From IMG/VR virus record IMGVR_UViG_3300017971_000287: 64,000 nt of DNA; one strand, 5' to 3'. Under the pieces are notes generated by a model that searched no databases, was not told where the DNA came from, and was given only the letters and a program-made list of their open reading frames with translations. The translations under genes were made by a program, and so were the position numbers. Source of the DNA: a virus. Below are positions 45,414 through 53,619 of this stretch, piece after piece (the stretch's first letter is position 1; the number at the start of each line of letters is the position of its first letter).

Positions 45414-46081
45414 TTGACCGTCAGGTCGTGATAGACCATCCTTGCAATGGTCCTCATAAGTGTAAAGAGGGGCTATGGTATGGGCACCACAAGGGAAAAA
45501 GCATTTGGAAAGATGGAAAGGTGTTTCTTTCTTTAGAAGACACTCCCTGTGTAGACCACGTTGCTTCCCCTCACTACATTGACGGTCTTTTGTTCTACCA
45601 CGGAAGGGAGCCGGCTACAAGAAGGCAAATGACGTTTGTTTGGGATGGAGAAAGACATTATGGACCTGTTGCTCCTTTCTATTTGCGGCCGTGGAAAATA
45701 CGCCATCTTTGGTATGGGTTGTGTAAGTACCATGGGTGCTCTTTGTTTAGTGCTTGGGATCCAACAAAAGAATGGACCTTTCTTCGTGTGGTTATTCCGA
45801 AAGTACGACACGGATTTTATTACAGAGGGTGGGTCTACTATACGTTGATTGGAGACGCTCCAGAAAGGGTATTCCGTGCCAGGTTAAAGAAGCCAAATAA
45901 TACTGCACAAGAGGTACTTCGTCCTGTATATCCTTGGGAAGGTGCGGAAATGCCGCTCAAACCGAGTAAGAGCGGAGCAGTGACTCACCTAGTCAATCAG
46001 TTGCGCGACCCAATGGTGTATCAGGGAACGTTGTATTATGTTTACGGAGGGGAACAGGGCATTGCTCGTGTTGAGTTATAG
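45392..46081 (+). CDS. Beta-propeller glycoside hydrolase-like protein
   Basis: HVASPH..., C-term VLRPVYPWEG...G.V...VNQLRDP.V....LYYVYGGEQGIARVEL. Confidence 0.55.
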   Translation: MVDSIQLVDRQVVIDHPCNGPHKCKEGLWYGHHKGKSIWKDGKVFLSLEDTPCVDHVASPHYIDGLLFYHGREPATRRQMTFVWDGERHYGPVAPFYLRPWKIRHLWYGLCKYHGCSLFSAWDPTKEWTFLRVVIPKVRHGFYYRGWVYYTLIGDAPERVFRARLKKPNNTAQEVLRPVYPWEGAEMPLKPSKSGAVTHLVNQLRDPMVYQGTLYYVYGGEQGIARVEL

Positions 46082-46088
46082 GTGTAGA

Positions 46089-46122
46089 AAAAGCCTCCAG
46101 CGGTTTTTCGCAAGAGGCTTTT
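46089..46122. terminator. Probable bidirectional terminator between convergent genes
   Basis: AAAAGCCTC / GAGGCTTTT stem with A/T runs on both sides. Confidence 0.6.
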
Positions 46123-46139
46123 AGAAGAGAAGCACACGA

Positions 46140-46544
46140 TTAACAAAGCTTGGAACCTTCCTTTGTCAGATGGTAACCCTTGCCCTCTTGCAGTTTAACC
46201 CAGTCGATTAAACCGTTGGTGCGAAGAGTGGCGCAGTCGTCTACAGCTTTGTCTTTACCGCCAAACTTGTCCCAGACTGCTTCCCGTTGTATTACAGTCG
46301 TCGGGCGAGTGGCGTGCCTCTTTTTGAGGAACCTAAGAATGTTGAGTCTTGTCGGAGTCAAACGAATACTAGAACCAGAAGGAGTTTCTACCAATTCACC
46401 TTGGCTCTTGTTAGTTCTCTTGTCCGCCTTTCCTTTTTTACCCTTGACTGTCTTTTTGACAGTCTTTTTGACGACCTTCTTCTTAGCTGCCTTTTTGGGA
46501 GTTGCCTTCTTGTTGCTCTTCGTTGTCTTTTGTGCCTTTACCAT
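46140..46544 (-). CDS. Histone H1-like Lys-rich protein with C-terminal winged helix
   Basis: KKATPKKAAKKKVVKKTVKK N-terminus; TRLNILRFL...GLID..KGYHLTKEG; AAAGGAG SD before ATG 46544. Confidence 0.7.
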   Translation of the reverse strand: MVKAQKTTKSNKKATPKKAAKKKVVKKTVKKTVKGKKGKADKRTNKSQGELVETPSGSSIRLTPTRLNILRFLKKRHATRPTTVIQREAVWDKFGGKDKAVDDCATLRTNGLIDWVKLQEGKGYHLTKEGSKLC

Positions 46545-46691
46545 TTTGACGCTCCTTTGAAAGAAAGAAAATGTTAGAACCAAACAGTAGGTTCACTACT
46601 ACTACTATACGGGTTTGACGTGCAAAAGTAAACCCATTCTGGGAAGAAAAAGCAAAAATAGTTCTAAATCATTGCTACAAAAGGAGTTACA

Positions 46692-47243
46692 GTGTCTATA
46701 AACACGATTTTCCTGGATATGGACGACGTTTTGGCTGACTTTATTCGGGGTGCTTTGGAGATTCACGGGATTACCCGTGAAGAATTCATTGCTCAGCATG
46801 ATGGTAGTTGGTCAATCGTTTCGACTCTTGGATTATCAGAAGAGGAGTTTTGGCTGCCGATCATTGAAGCGGGTCAAAGCTTCTGGCAGGAATTGAAGTT
46901 GACAAAACATGCGACAGAGTTGATGCAATGGGTGACAGACCAAAAGTTGGATTACTACATTTTAACTTCTCCTGTCTCTACCCCTCAATGCTATGCTGGA
47001 AAGTACCTGTGGCTTCAAGAGTTTTTGGGTCCGGCTTTTAACTGTTACGTGCCTACCGTGCATAAGCATCTGTTAGCAAAACCTGGAACGTTGTTAATAG
47101 ACGATAGCCCGTCTATATGCAGAACGTTTAGAGACGGAGGAGGATTCGCTATTCAATATCCGACAAGGTATAATAGTCTTTCTTGGTTCTCCTGCCAACC
47201 TGTCAAGTTTGTTTCCCATATTGTTGACAGTTATACTGAGTAG
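46692..47243 (+). CDS. 5'(3')-deoxyribonucleotidase (NT5C, HAD superfamily)
   Basis: FLDMDDVLADF, ILTSP, GK..W, LLIDDSP; AAGGAG SD. Confidence 0.88.
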   Translation: MSINTIFLDMDDVLADFIRGALEIHGITREEFIAQHDGSWSIVSTLGLSEEEFWLPIIEAGQSFWQELKLTKHATELMQWVTDQKLDYYILTSPVSTPQCYAGKYLWLQEFLGPAFNCYVPTVHKHLLAKPGTLLIDDSPSICRTFRDGGGFAIQYPTRYNSLSWFSCQPVKFVSHIVDSYTE

Positions 47244-47267
47244 GTCTAAAACAAAAGGAGTAGTGTT

Positions 47268-48389
47268 ATGCAAACGCAATGGTCTTTTAACTCGGTTGAT
47301 GAGGCATTTGAAAATATGGTGAAGGTCTTTTTGACGTCAGAACAGGTACAACAGACAAACAGTAGAAACGGACCAGTACTAAGACTGCCTGGCCCGCAAC
47401 TGTTTGTGTATAAGCAACCCTGTAATCGTGTCTTGTTTAATCCTGCAAGAGACTGTAACCCGTTTTTTCATCTGTTTGAGTCTCTTTGGATGCTCGCAGG
47501 GTGTAACCGTGTAAAACCTCTATCATATTACAATTCTAACATCACAGACTACAGTGACGATGGAGAAACTTTTCATGGAGCTTATGGCTATCGTTGGCGT
47601 AGTCATTTTGGTGTAGACCAATTGAAACAGATCGAAGAAGAACTCTTACTAGATCGTGAGAGCCGTCGATGTGTTTTGCAAATTTGGTCCTCTACTGCTG
47701 ATTTAGGAATCCATATGATTACAAAAGACAAGCCTTGTAACACGCATGCTTATTTTGCCCTTGTAAACGACCATCTGGATCTGACTGTCTGTAACCGCAG
47801 CAACGACTTGGTTTGGGGAATGCTCGGTGCAAATTTTGTGCACATGACTTTGCTATTAGAATACATGGCCTGCTGTTTGAATGTGCCAATAGGACGGTAC
47901 TTCCACATTACAAACAACTTGCACGTTTATCTCAGCAATTGGAGGCCATCAGACTGGACAAACTGGAAACAGCATCGAACGCAGTATTCTCCTCCTATTC
48001 TTAATCACCCAATGGGACATGGTCCTCGCTTAGTTAGTGACCAGACTGTATTTGACGCAGAGTGTAAACGGTTTGTTGATTCGATTGACGGGACCTTCCA
48101 AGAGCCATTTCTACAAAACGTTGCCCAACCGATGATGGCAGCGTTTAGGGCACATAAGCAAAGAAAGTATTTTGGTGACCTGAACTGCTTTACCCTTATT
48201 GACCGGGTGCATGCCCCTGACTGGAGAGAGGCAGGTCGGCAGTGGCTTATGCGAAGAAAAGAGAATTGGATGGCTAAAAACAAAAAAGGTAAAGGGAAAA
48301 CCACTAACGTTTACCTTGCAAGGGAAGAGAAGAGACAGGCGGCGAATCCAGACGATTCTCAGTACAATGGTAGTGGAGATTCTGACTAA
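47268..48389 (+). CDS. Thymidylate synthase homolog, likely dUMP hydroxymethylase
   Basis: SRNG, NPFFHLFESLWMLAG, FHGAYGYRW, SRRCVLQIW, DKPCN, NRSNDLVWGMLGAN (Asn at the dUMP-specificity position). Confidence 0.8.
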   Translation: MQTQWSFNSVDEAFENMVKVFLTSEQVQQTNSRNGPVLRLPGPQLFVYKQPCNRVLFNPARDCNPFFHLFESLWMLAGCNRVKPLSYYNSNITDYSDDGETFHGAYGYRWRSHFGVDQLKQIEEELLLDRESRRCVLQIWSSTADLGIHMITKDKPCNTHAYFALVNDHLDLTVCNRSNDLVWGMLGANFVHMTLLLEYMACCLNVPIGRYFHITNNLHVYLSNWRPSDWTNWKQHRTQYSPPILNHPMGHGPRLVSDQTVFDAECKRFVDSIDGTFQEPFLQNVAQPMMAAFRAHKQRKYFGDLNCFTLIDRVHAPDWREAGRQWLMRRKENWMAKNKKGKGKTTNVYLAREEKRQAANPDDSQYNGSGDSD

Positions 48390-48943
48390 TGCCAAGACCA
48401 GTACTAACCAAATCTGACTTTGTATGTCGGTATGCCTTAGGCGAGTTTGGCAATGCTAGTCCTACGTGGAACACTTTTGAAGAGTGGACGGGTAGGAAAG
48501 TAGGTTCAGGTACGTTGTACCACATACGTAACCGAGTAAAGGGGGGAGCAACTTGGTACAACGTGCGTTCCTGTGACCTGAAAAACGTTTGGGAGTTTGC
48601 TTCCAAAAAGTGTGGGCAATGCAATTTGTATATCTCAGCTATGGCTCCTACCAAAAAGACAATCCTTCAAGGGGAGGTACAAGAAGGAGTGTGGGGACTG
48701 GAGTTGACGTACACAAGAGTCAAAAAACCCATGCGAGATGCTTTGCGAGAACAAAGTATCAGCACAAGAGGATTAGAAGCGAGTCTACTGCTAGGCGTTG
48801 CTATGAACGATCTTAGTGGAGACTGGCTGATGTACTTGCTAGAGATGTACCCTGAACACGTTGTTGAGTTTTCCGTGTATAGTGTGTGCTGGGGAACTGT
48901 ACCTGGACACAACACGGTTTTTTGGGAAGTTAGAAAGTACTGA
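48389..48943 (+). CDS. Hypothetical protein (possible ATP-grasp-like fold)
   Basis: 184 aa coupled to the ThyA homolog; VVEFS...VFWEVRKY end; fold is a guess. Confidence 0.55.
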   Translation: MPRPVLTKSDFVCRYALGEFGNASPTWNTFEEWTGRKVGSGTLYHIRNRVKGGATWYNVRSCDLKNVWEFASKKCGQCNLYISAMAPTKKTILQGEVQEGVWGLELTYTRVKKPMRDALREQSISTRGLEASLLLGVAMNDLSGDWLMYLLEMYPEHVVEFSVYSVCWGTVPGHNTVFWEVRKY

Positions 48944-48965
48944 TGGAGCGAGAAAGACAAAGAAT

Positions 48966-51179
48966 ATGCCCACTGCAATAAAACAACTACCAAAACCACT
49001 GCAACCATTCTTTGCTCACGGAGTTGATCTAGACTACCAGAAAGAGCAAGAGGAGACAGTGGGTATCTGTCCCTTTTGTGGAAAGGAAAACAAGTTTTAC
49101 GTCAATAGTGATACTGGGCTATGGAGTTGTAGAGTGTGTGCCCAAGGAACAGTAAATGGAGGAGGAAACATTGCTACGTTTTTGGCGGAGCTATGGAAGG
49201 CCAGTGATGAAGACACGACGGAGTATGCAGACCTGGCTAAGCAAAGAAGCCTGCTGGAAGAAGAGACGCTGATGCACTGGGGGGTAGCTCGGTCAATACT
49301 AACAGACCGTTGGCTTGTTCCAGGTTTTGGTAGTGACGGAAAGGTTAGACAACTCTACCAATACGTCAATACGACAAAAGGCAAGAAGCTATTAGCAACT
49401 CCAAGTTTAGGACATCAATTGTTTGGAGTAAACTTACATCGAAAGAACTGTTCAACTGTGTTTCTCTGTGAAGGCCCTTGGGATGCTATGGTTCTCTGGG
49501 AAACGTTAGGAAAGGCAAAAGGTGCTGAAGAAAGAATCAAAGCAACAGCCAGTACTCACGATAACCTCTTGAACAGTTGTGCGGTGTTAGCAGTGCCTGG
49601 ATGCACTACTTTCTTTGAAAAATGGACTGATATCTTTGCAGACAAAGACGTGTTCATACTGTTTGACAACGATTGGCCTAAAAAACACCCCAAGACAGGA
49701 AAGCTAGGCAAGCCAGTCGGATTACAAGGAGCAAGGCGAGTGACAAGCATCCTTGTTGCTGCTTCTAGTCCTCCAAAAAGCATTAGCTATCTTTGTTGGG
49801 GAAACGAGGGATACAACAAAGACCTACCAGATGGTTATGACGTGCGGGACTTGCTAGGTTTTGGTTCTTTGCCTGAACGAGTCAAAGCACTACGTGGGCT
49901 GCTAGATAAGATTCGTCCTGTACCAGAAGAGTGGTTAAAAGAAGGAAAGCAAGCAGTAAAAGCAGCAGAGCTACAACCTAAGAAGTGTGTTCAGTACAGA
50001 AAGCTACAAATGGCTTGGCGTAAAGCATTGAAGTGGACGCCTGGACTAGACCATGCTCTCACAGTCATGCTTTCGTCAATAGCAAGCACAAAGCTACTAG
50101 GTGACCCCCTGTGGGTAAAAATCGTAGGGCCAGCTGCATCTGGTAAAAGCACCCTCTGTGAAGGGCTGAGTGTTGCAAAAAAGTATGTAGTGGCTAAGTC
50201 ATCTATTACAGGGTTTCACAGCGGATTCCGAGTGGACGGCACTACTGAACAGGACCACAGTCTTGTTGCACTGCTGCCCGGTAAGACGCTAATTGTTAAA
50301 GACGGCGACACTATCTTGTCGGCAGCTAACCGAAACCAGATATTGTCTGAAGCAAGAGACATCTACGATGGTACAAGCAGAACACACTACCGTAACGCAC
50401 AAAGCAGAGACTACCATGGTATTAAAATGACTTGGATTCTCTGCGGTACCAGTAGCTTACGGAGCATAGACCAAAGTGAGCTAGGGGAACGTTTCTTAGA
50501 CTGTGTTATCATGGAACACATTGATCCTGATCTAGAGGATGAGGTATTGTTGAGGACGGTAACTAAGACAGACCAAGCCATGCTTATTGAAGCGGATGAC
50601 CGACCTAGTTCTCACTATGATCCGCCCAAGGCTGAAGCAATGGCCCTTACTGGAGGTTATGTACAGTGGCTCAGAGAGAACGTTGGAGCAGCCATGCCTA
50701 CAATCGCTTTTCCTGAAAAGCAACTACTTTACTGTGCTAAGTTGGGAAAATTTGTAGCCTACATGCGGGCACGTCCTTCACAGAGTCAAGAGGAAACAGC
50801 TGAACGAGAGTTTGCTACTAGGTTGGCAGGACAACTAGTGAGGTTGGCCCGTTGTTTAGCTTTTGTGTTGAATAAGCAAAGGGTAGATAGTGCGGTTATG
50901 CGAAGGGTGCGCCGTGTGGCTCTAGATACTAGTCGAGGGAAAACGTTAGCCATTGCTGCTTACCTGTATAAAGCAGGTCGAGAGGGTAGTGAACGCAGGG
51001 CATTAGCTCTTGTATCCAACACAGCAGACAACAGGGCAGGGGACTTGCTGCGCTTCCTACGTGAAATAGGCGTCGTACAGACCGTACAGAGGACTAGGGG
51101 ACATCGGGCAGGCCCTACCCGCTATCGCCTTACGAAGCGTCTTAGAGCCCTTTACCGAGAGGTACAGGAGGAGGACTAG
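48966..51179 (+). CDS. Primase-helicase: Zn finger + TOPRIM + AAA+ (MCM-like) helicase
   Basis: CPFCGK...CRVC, LCEGPWDA, FDND, GYDVRD, GPAASGKS, LGERFL; ATG 48966. Confidence 0.82.
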   Translation: MPTAIKQLPKPLQPFFAHGVDLDYQKEQEETVGICPFCGKENKFYVNSDTGLWSCRVCAQGTVNGGGNIATFLAELWKASDEDTTEYADLAKQRSLLEEETLMHWGVARSILTDRWLVPGFGSDGKVRQLYQYVNTTKGKKLLATPSLGHQLFGVNLHRKNCSTVFLCEGPWDAMVLWETLGKAKGAEERIKATASTHDNLLNSCAVLAVPGCTTFFEKWTDIFADKDVFILFDNDWPKKHPKTGKLGKPVGLQGARRVTSILVAASSPPKSISYLCWGNEGYNKDLPDGYDVRDLLGFGSLPERVKALRGLLDKIRPVPEEWLKEGKQAVKAAELQPKKCVQYRKLQMAWRKALKWTPGLDHALTVMLSSIASTKLLGDPLWVKIVGPAASGKSTLCEGLSVAKKYVVAKSSITGFHSGFRVDGTTEQDHSLVALLPGKTLIVKDGDTILSAANRNQILSEARDIYDGTSRTHYRNAQSRDYHGIKMTWILCGTSSLRSIDQSELGERFLDCVIMEHIDPDLEDEVLLRTVTKTDQAMLIEADDRPSSHYDPPKAEAMALTGGYVQWLRENVGAAMPTIAFPEKQLLYCAKLGKFVAYMRARPSQSQEETAEREFATRLAGQLVRLARCLAFVLNKQRVDSAVMRRVRRVALDTSRGKTLAIAAYLYKAGREGSERRALALVSNTADNRAGDLLRFLREIGVVQTVQRTRGHRAGPTRYRLTKRLRALYREVQEED

Positions 51180-51390
51180 AATCGACGTAACCCCTTATCC
51201 TTCCTATACTTATACGTACTAACGTACTAGTAACGTAGACTCCTCCGAGAGGTATTATAATCGAATTACGGGAGCTAGTCTAGTAACGGCAAGAGCGGAA
51301 CTAGACCGAATCAACCATACCAGGTAGAATCCTCTTGGACTACTGAGGCTTCAAGGGAGGACACTCTTCCACTAAAGAGTAGAGAAGGTA

Positions 51391-52026
51391 ATGGCTAGTA
51401 CAAAACTTTCTAAGCGTGGCAGCAACAAGCTCACTGACCGTGAGTTACGGTTTGCCATGGAGTACCTTATCGACTTCAATGCTAAAAGAGCAGCCCGTGA
51501 AGCAGGGTACAAAGGCAAGGATAAGAGTCTAGGCGTCATGGCTTGTAAGGTGTTGGCTCGGCCCCGTGTAGCAGCACTCATAGGCAAGCTACGCAGAGAG
51601 CAGTTAGCAGAGTTGGAGTTGAGTCGGCGAGAAATACTGGAGCAGTTGTACTATTTGGCTACTCGCAGTGGAACAGACTTTGTGGACGAAAAGGGTATCC
51701 TGATTGAAAACATCAATGACTTACCTAAGCGGGCCCAAGAAGCAATTGACGGCATCGAACAAGAGATCACGACCATCACATACGATGACGGCAGCGAAGT
51801 CCAAAAAGTAAAGACCAAGCTTCGTCTTGTACCTAAAGCCACTGCCCTCGACATGGCAATGAAGCACAAAGGAATGTTCGCTGCTGAAAAACACGACCAC
51901 CGTGTTATGGTGCTTGACTGGGATGCTCTTTTACAGGGTCCCAATGGTAAACCAAAACACAACGGTGAGGATGACCCCATTGAACGCAAGATACTAGAAG
52001 TGGAGGCAATCCAAGAAGGCCATTAG
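51391..52026 (+). CDS. Terminase small subunit
   Basis: LTDRELRFAMEYLIDFNAKRAAREAGY, K..ALDMAMKHKGMF. Confidence 0.9.
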   Translation: MASTKLSKRGSNKLTDRELRFAMEYLIDFNAKRAAREAGYKGKDKSLGVMACKVLARPRVAALIGKLRREQLAELELSRREILEQLYYLATRSGTDFVDEKGILIENINDLPKRAQEAIDGIEQEITTITYDDGSEVQKVKTKLRLVPKATALDMAMKHKGMFAAEKHDHRVMVLDWDALLQGPNGKPKHNGEDDPIERKILEVEAIQEGH

Positions 52027-52083
52027 TGTTGATTGACCGTTGTGTTTGGAATATAAAGACACTGGAGGTTAGTTAAAGGTAGA

Positions 52084-53604
52084 ATGGATTGGTCAATTGA
52101 TCCTTTGAAAATGATGAAGCTGCTTTGGCCTGACGTAATGCTTTATAAGCAGCAGAAGGACATTGTCTATAGTGTCTGGAATGACGACGAAACGATAGTG
52201 CCTGCCGGAAACATGCTTGGAAAAGACTTCGTTGCGGGAGTCATCGTGGTGTTGTTCTTTTTGATACATCCACGAGTAAAGATCATCACCACGAGTGCTA
52301 CACAAAAGCATCTGGATAACCTCTGGGGAGAAATAGACCGCTTCATACGCACTAGTCGTTATACGTTGGATTTCAAACAGGGTGGGCCTCTTGTTTACAG
52401 CACTCAGACACTGAAAAAAGTAGTCAACGGACAGATACACAAAGACACTTACGCACTGGGAATGGTCGTAAGCAGCGACAGCAAAGGAGAAGGATTATCG
52501 GGACACCACGCACCAGCTACGCTATTTGTATGCGATGAAGGCTCTGGTGTTGCTGACGTTGCTTACTCTATGGCACAAGGCTGGGCCAAACATATGTTGA
52601 TTATCGGTAATCCAAACCCTTGCGTCAACTTCTTCTTCAGAGGAGTGCAGGGAGGCCCTATTAAAGCAGAGGACAACGGACACTACCATAGACAAGTCAT
52701 TAAGATTAAAGCAGAACACAGCCCCAACGTCCGCTATGCTTTGTCACAAAAGGCAAAAGGAATTAAACCTACAAAAGAGGACATACTTGAAGGGGTGCTA
52801 AGCTATCCTGAGTATCTAAAGCGCAGAGCAACGTGGGACCCCATAAGGCAGTGCATTGGTCTTGACGCAGAGTTTTACGAAGGGGCTGAGGTATTGCTGT
52901 ATCCCCCTGAATGGTTAAACGCCGCAGAGCAAGTGGCCCAGGGTTTACGGCATCAACCCCGTAGGGCTGAAACGATTGGCGTTGACTCTGCCCAAGGGGG
53001 GGACAATACAGCATGGGCTGTCTGCGACCATCTAGGTCTAATCAAACTTATTTCGATGAAGACACCGGACACTACTGTCATCGTCAACCGCACGATAGCT
53101 CTTATGCAAGAGTACAGGGTGGGAGCAAAAAATGTATTATTCGATGGTGGAGGAGGGGGTTACCAGCATGCGTGTACAATGCGCAATGAAGGCCACGATG
53201 TCCGAGTCATTATGTTTGGTGGTGCGCCAACAAAGCCACGTAAACGAGCCAGAACCCTTTTTACTGAAAGGGTTGAACAAGATGAAGTAAAGTACGTGTA
53301 CACTAACCGCCGTTGTGAAATGTATGGTGAATTACGCTTACGAATGGACCCCTCAACAAATGAAAAGCCTTTTGCTCTTCCTGCGGAATACACAGAGCTA
53401 AGAAGACAACTGGCTCCACTGCCGTTATTGTTTGATGGAGAAGGACGACTACGACTGCCTCCAAAGAACAAGCCAAAACCAGACAGTAAGGAAACAACCA
53501 TTGTGGAAATACTAGGTTGTTCCCCTGACGAAGCAGACGCATTGGTGTTAGCCCACTTTGGTCTGCTTAAAAGAACGCACGCAAGCAATGTAGGGGCTTT
53601 CTAG
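52084..53604 (+). CDS. Terminase large subunit
   Basis: AGNMLGKDF, LFVCDEGSG, IIGNPN, IGVDSAQGGD, DGGGGG, SPDEADALVLA. Confidence 0.92.
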   Translation: MDWSIDPLKMMKLLWPDVMLYKQQKDIVYSVWNDDETIVPAGNMLGKDFVAGVIVVLFFLIHPRVKIITTSATQKHLDNLWGEIDRFIRTSRYTLDFKQGGPLVYSTQTLKKVVNGQIHKDTYALGMVVSSDSKGEGLSGHHAPATLFVCDEGSGVADVAYSMAQGWAKHMLIIGNPNPCVNFFFRGVQGGPIKAEDNGHYHRQVIKIKAEHSPNVRYALSQKAKGIKPTKEDILEGVLSYPEYLKRRATWDPIRQCIGLDAEFYEGAEVLLYPPEWLNAAEQVAQGLRHQPRRAETIGVDSAQGGDNTAWAVCDHLGLIKLISMKTPDTTVIVNRTIALMQEYRVGAKNVLFDGGGGGYQHACTMRNEGHDVRVIMFGGAPTKPRKRARTLFTERVEQDEVKYVYTNRRCEMYGELRLRMDPSTNEKPFALPAEYTELRRQLAPLPLLFDGEGRLRLPPKNKPKPDSKETTIVEILGCSPDEADALVLAHFGLLKRTHASNVGAF

Positions 53605-53619
53605 AAAGGAACTATCGGT

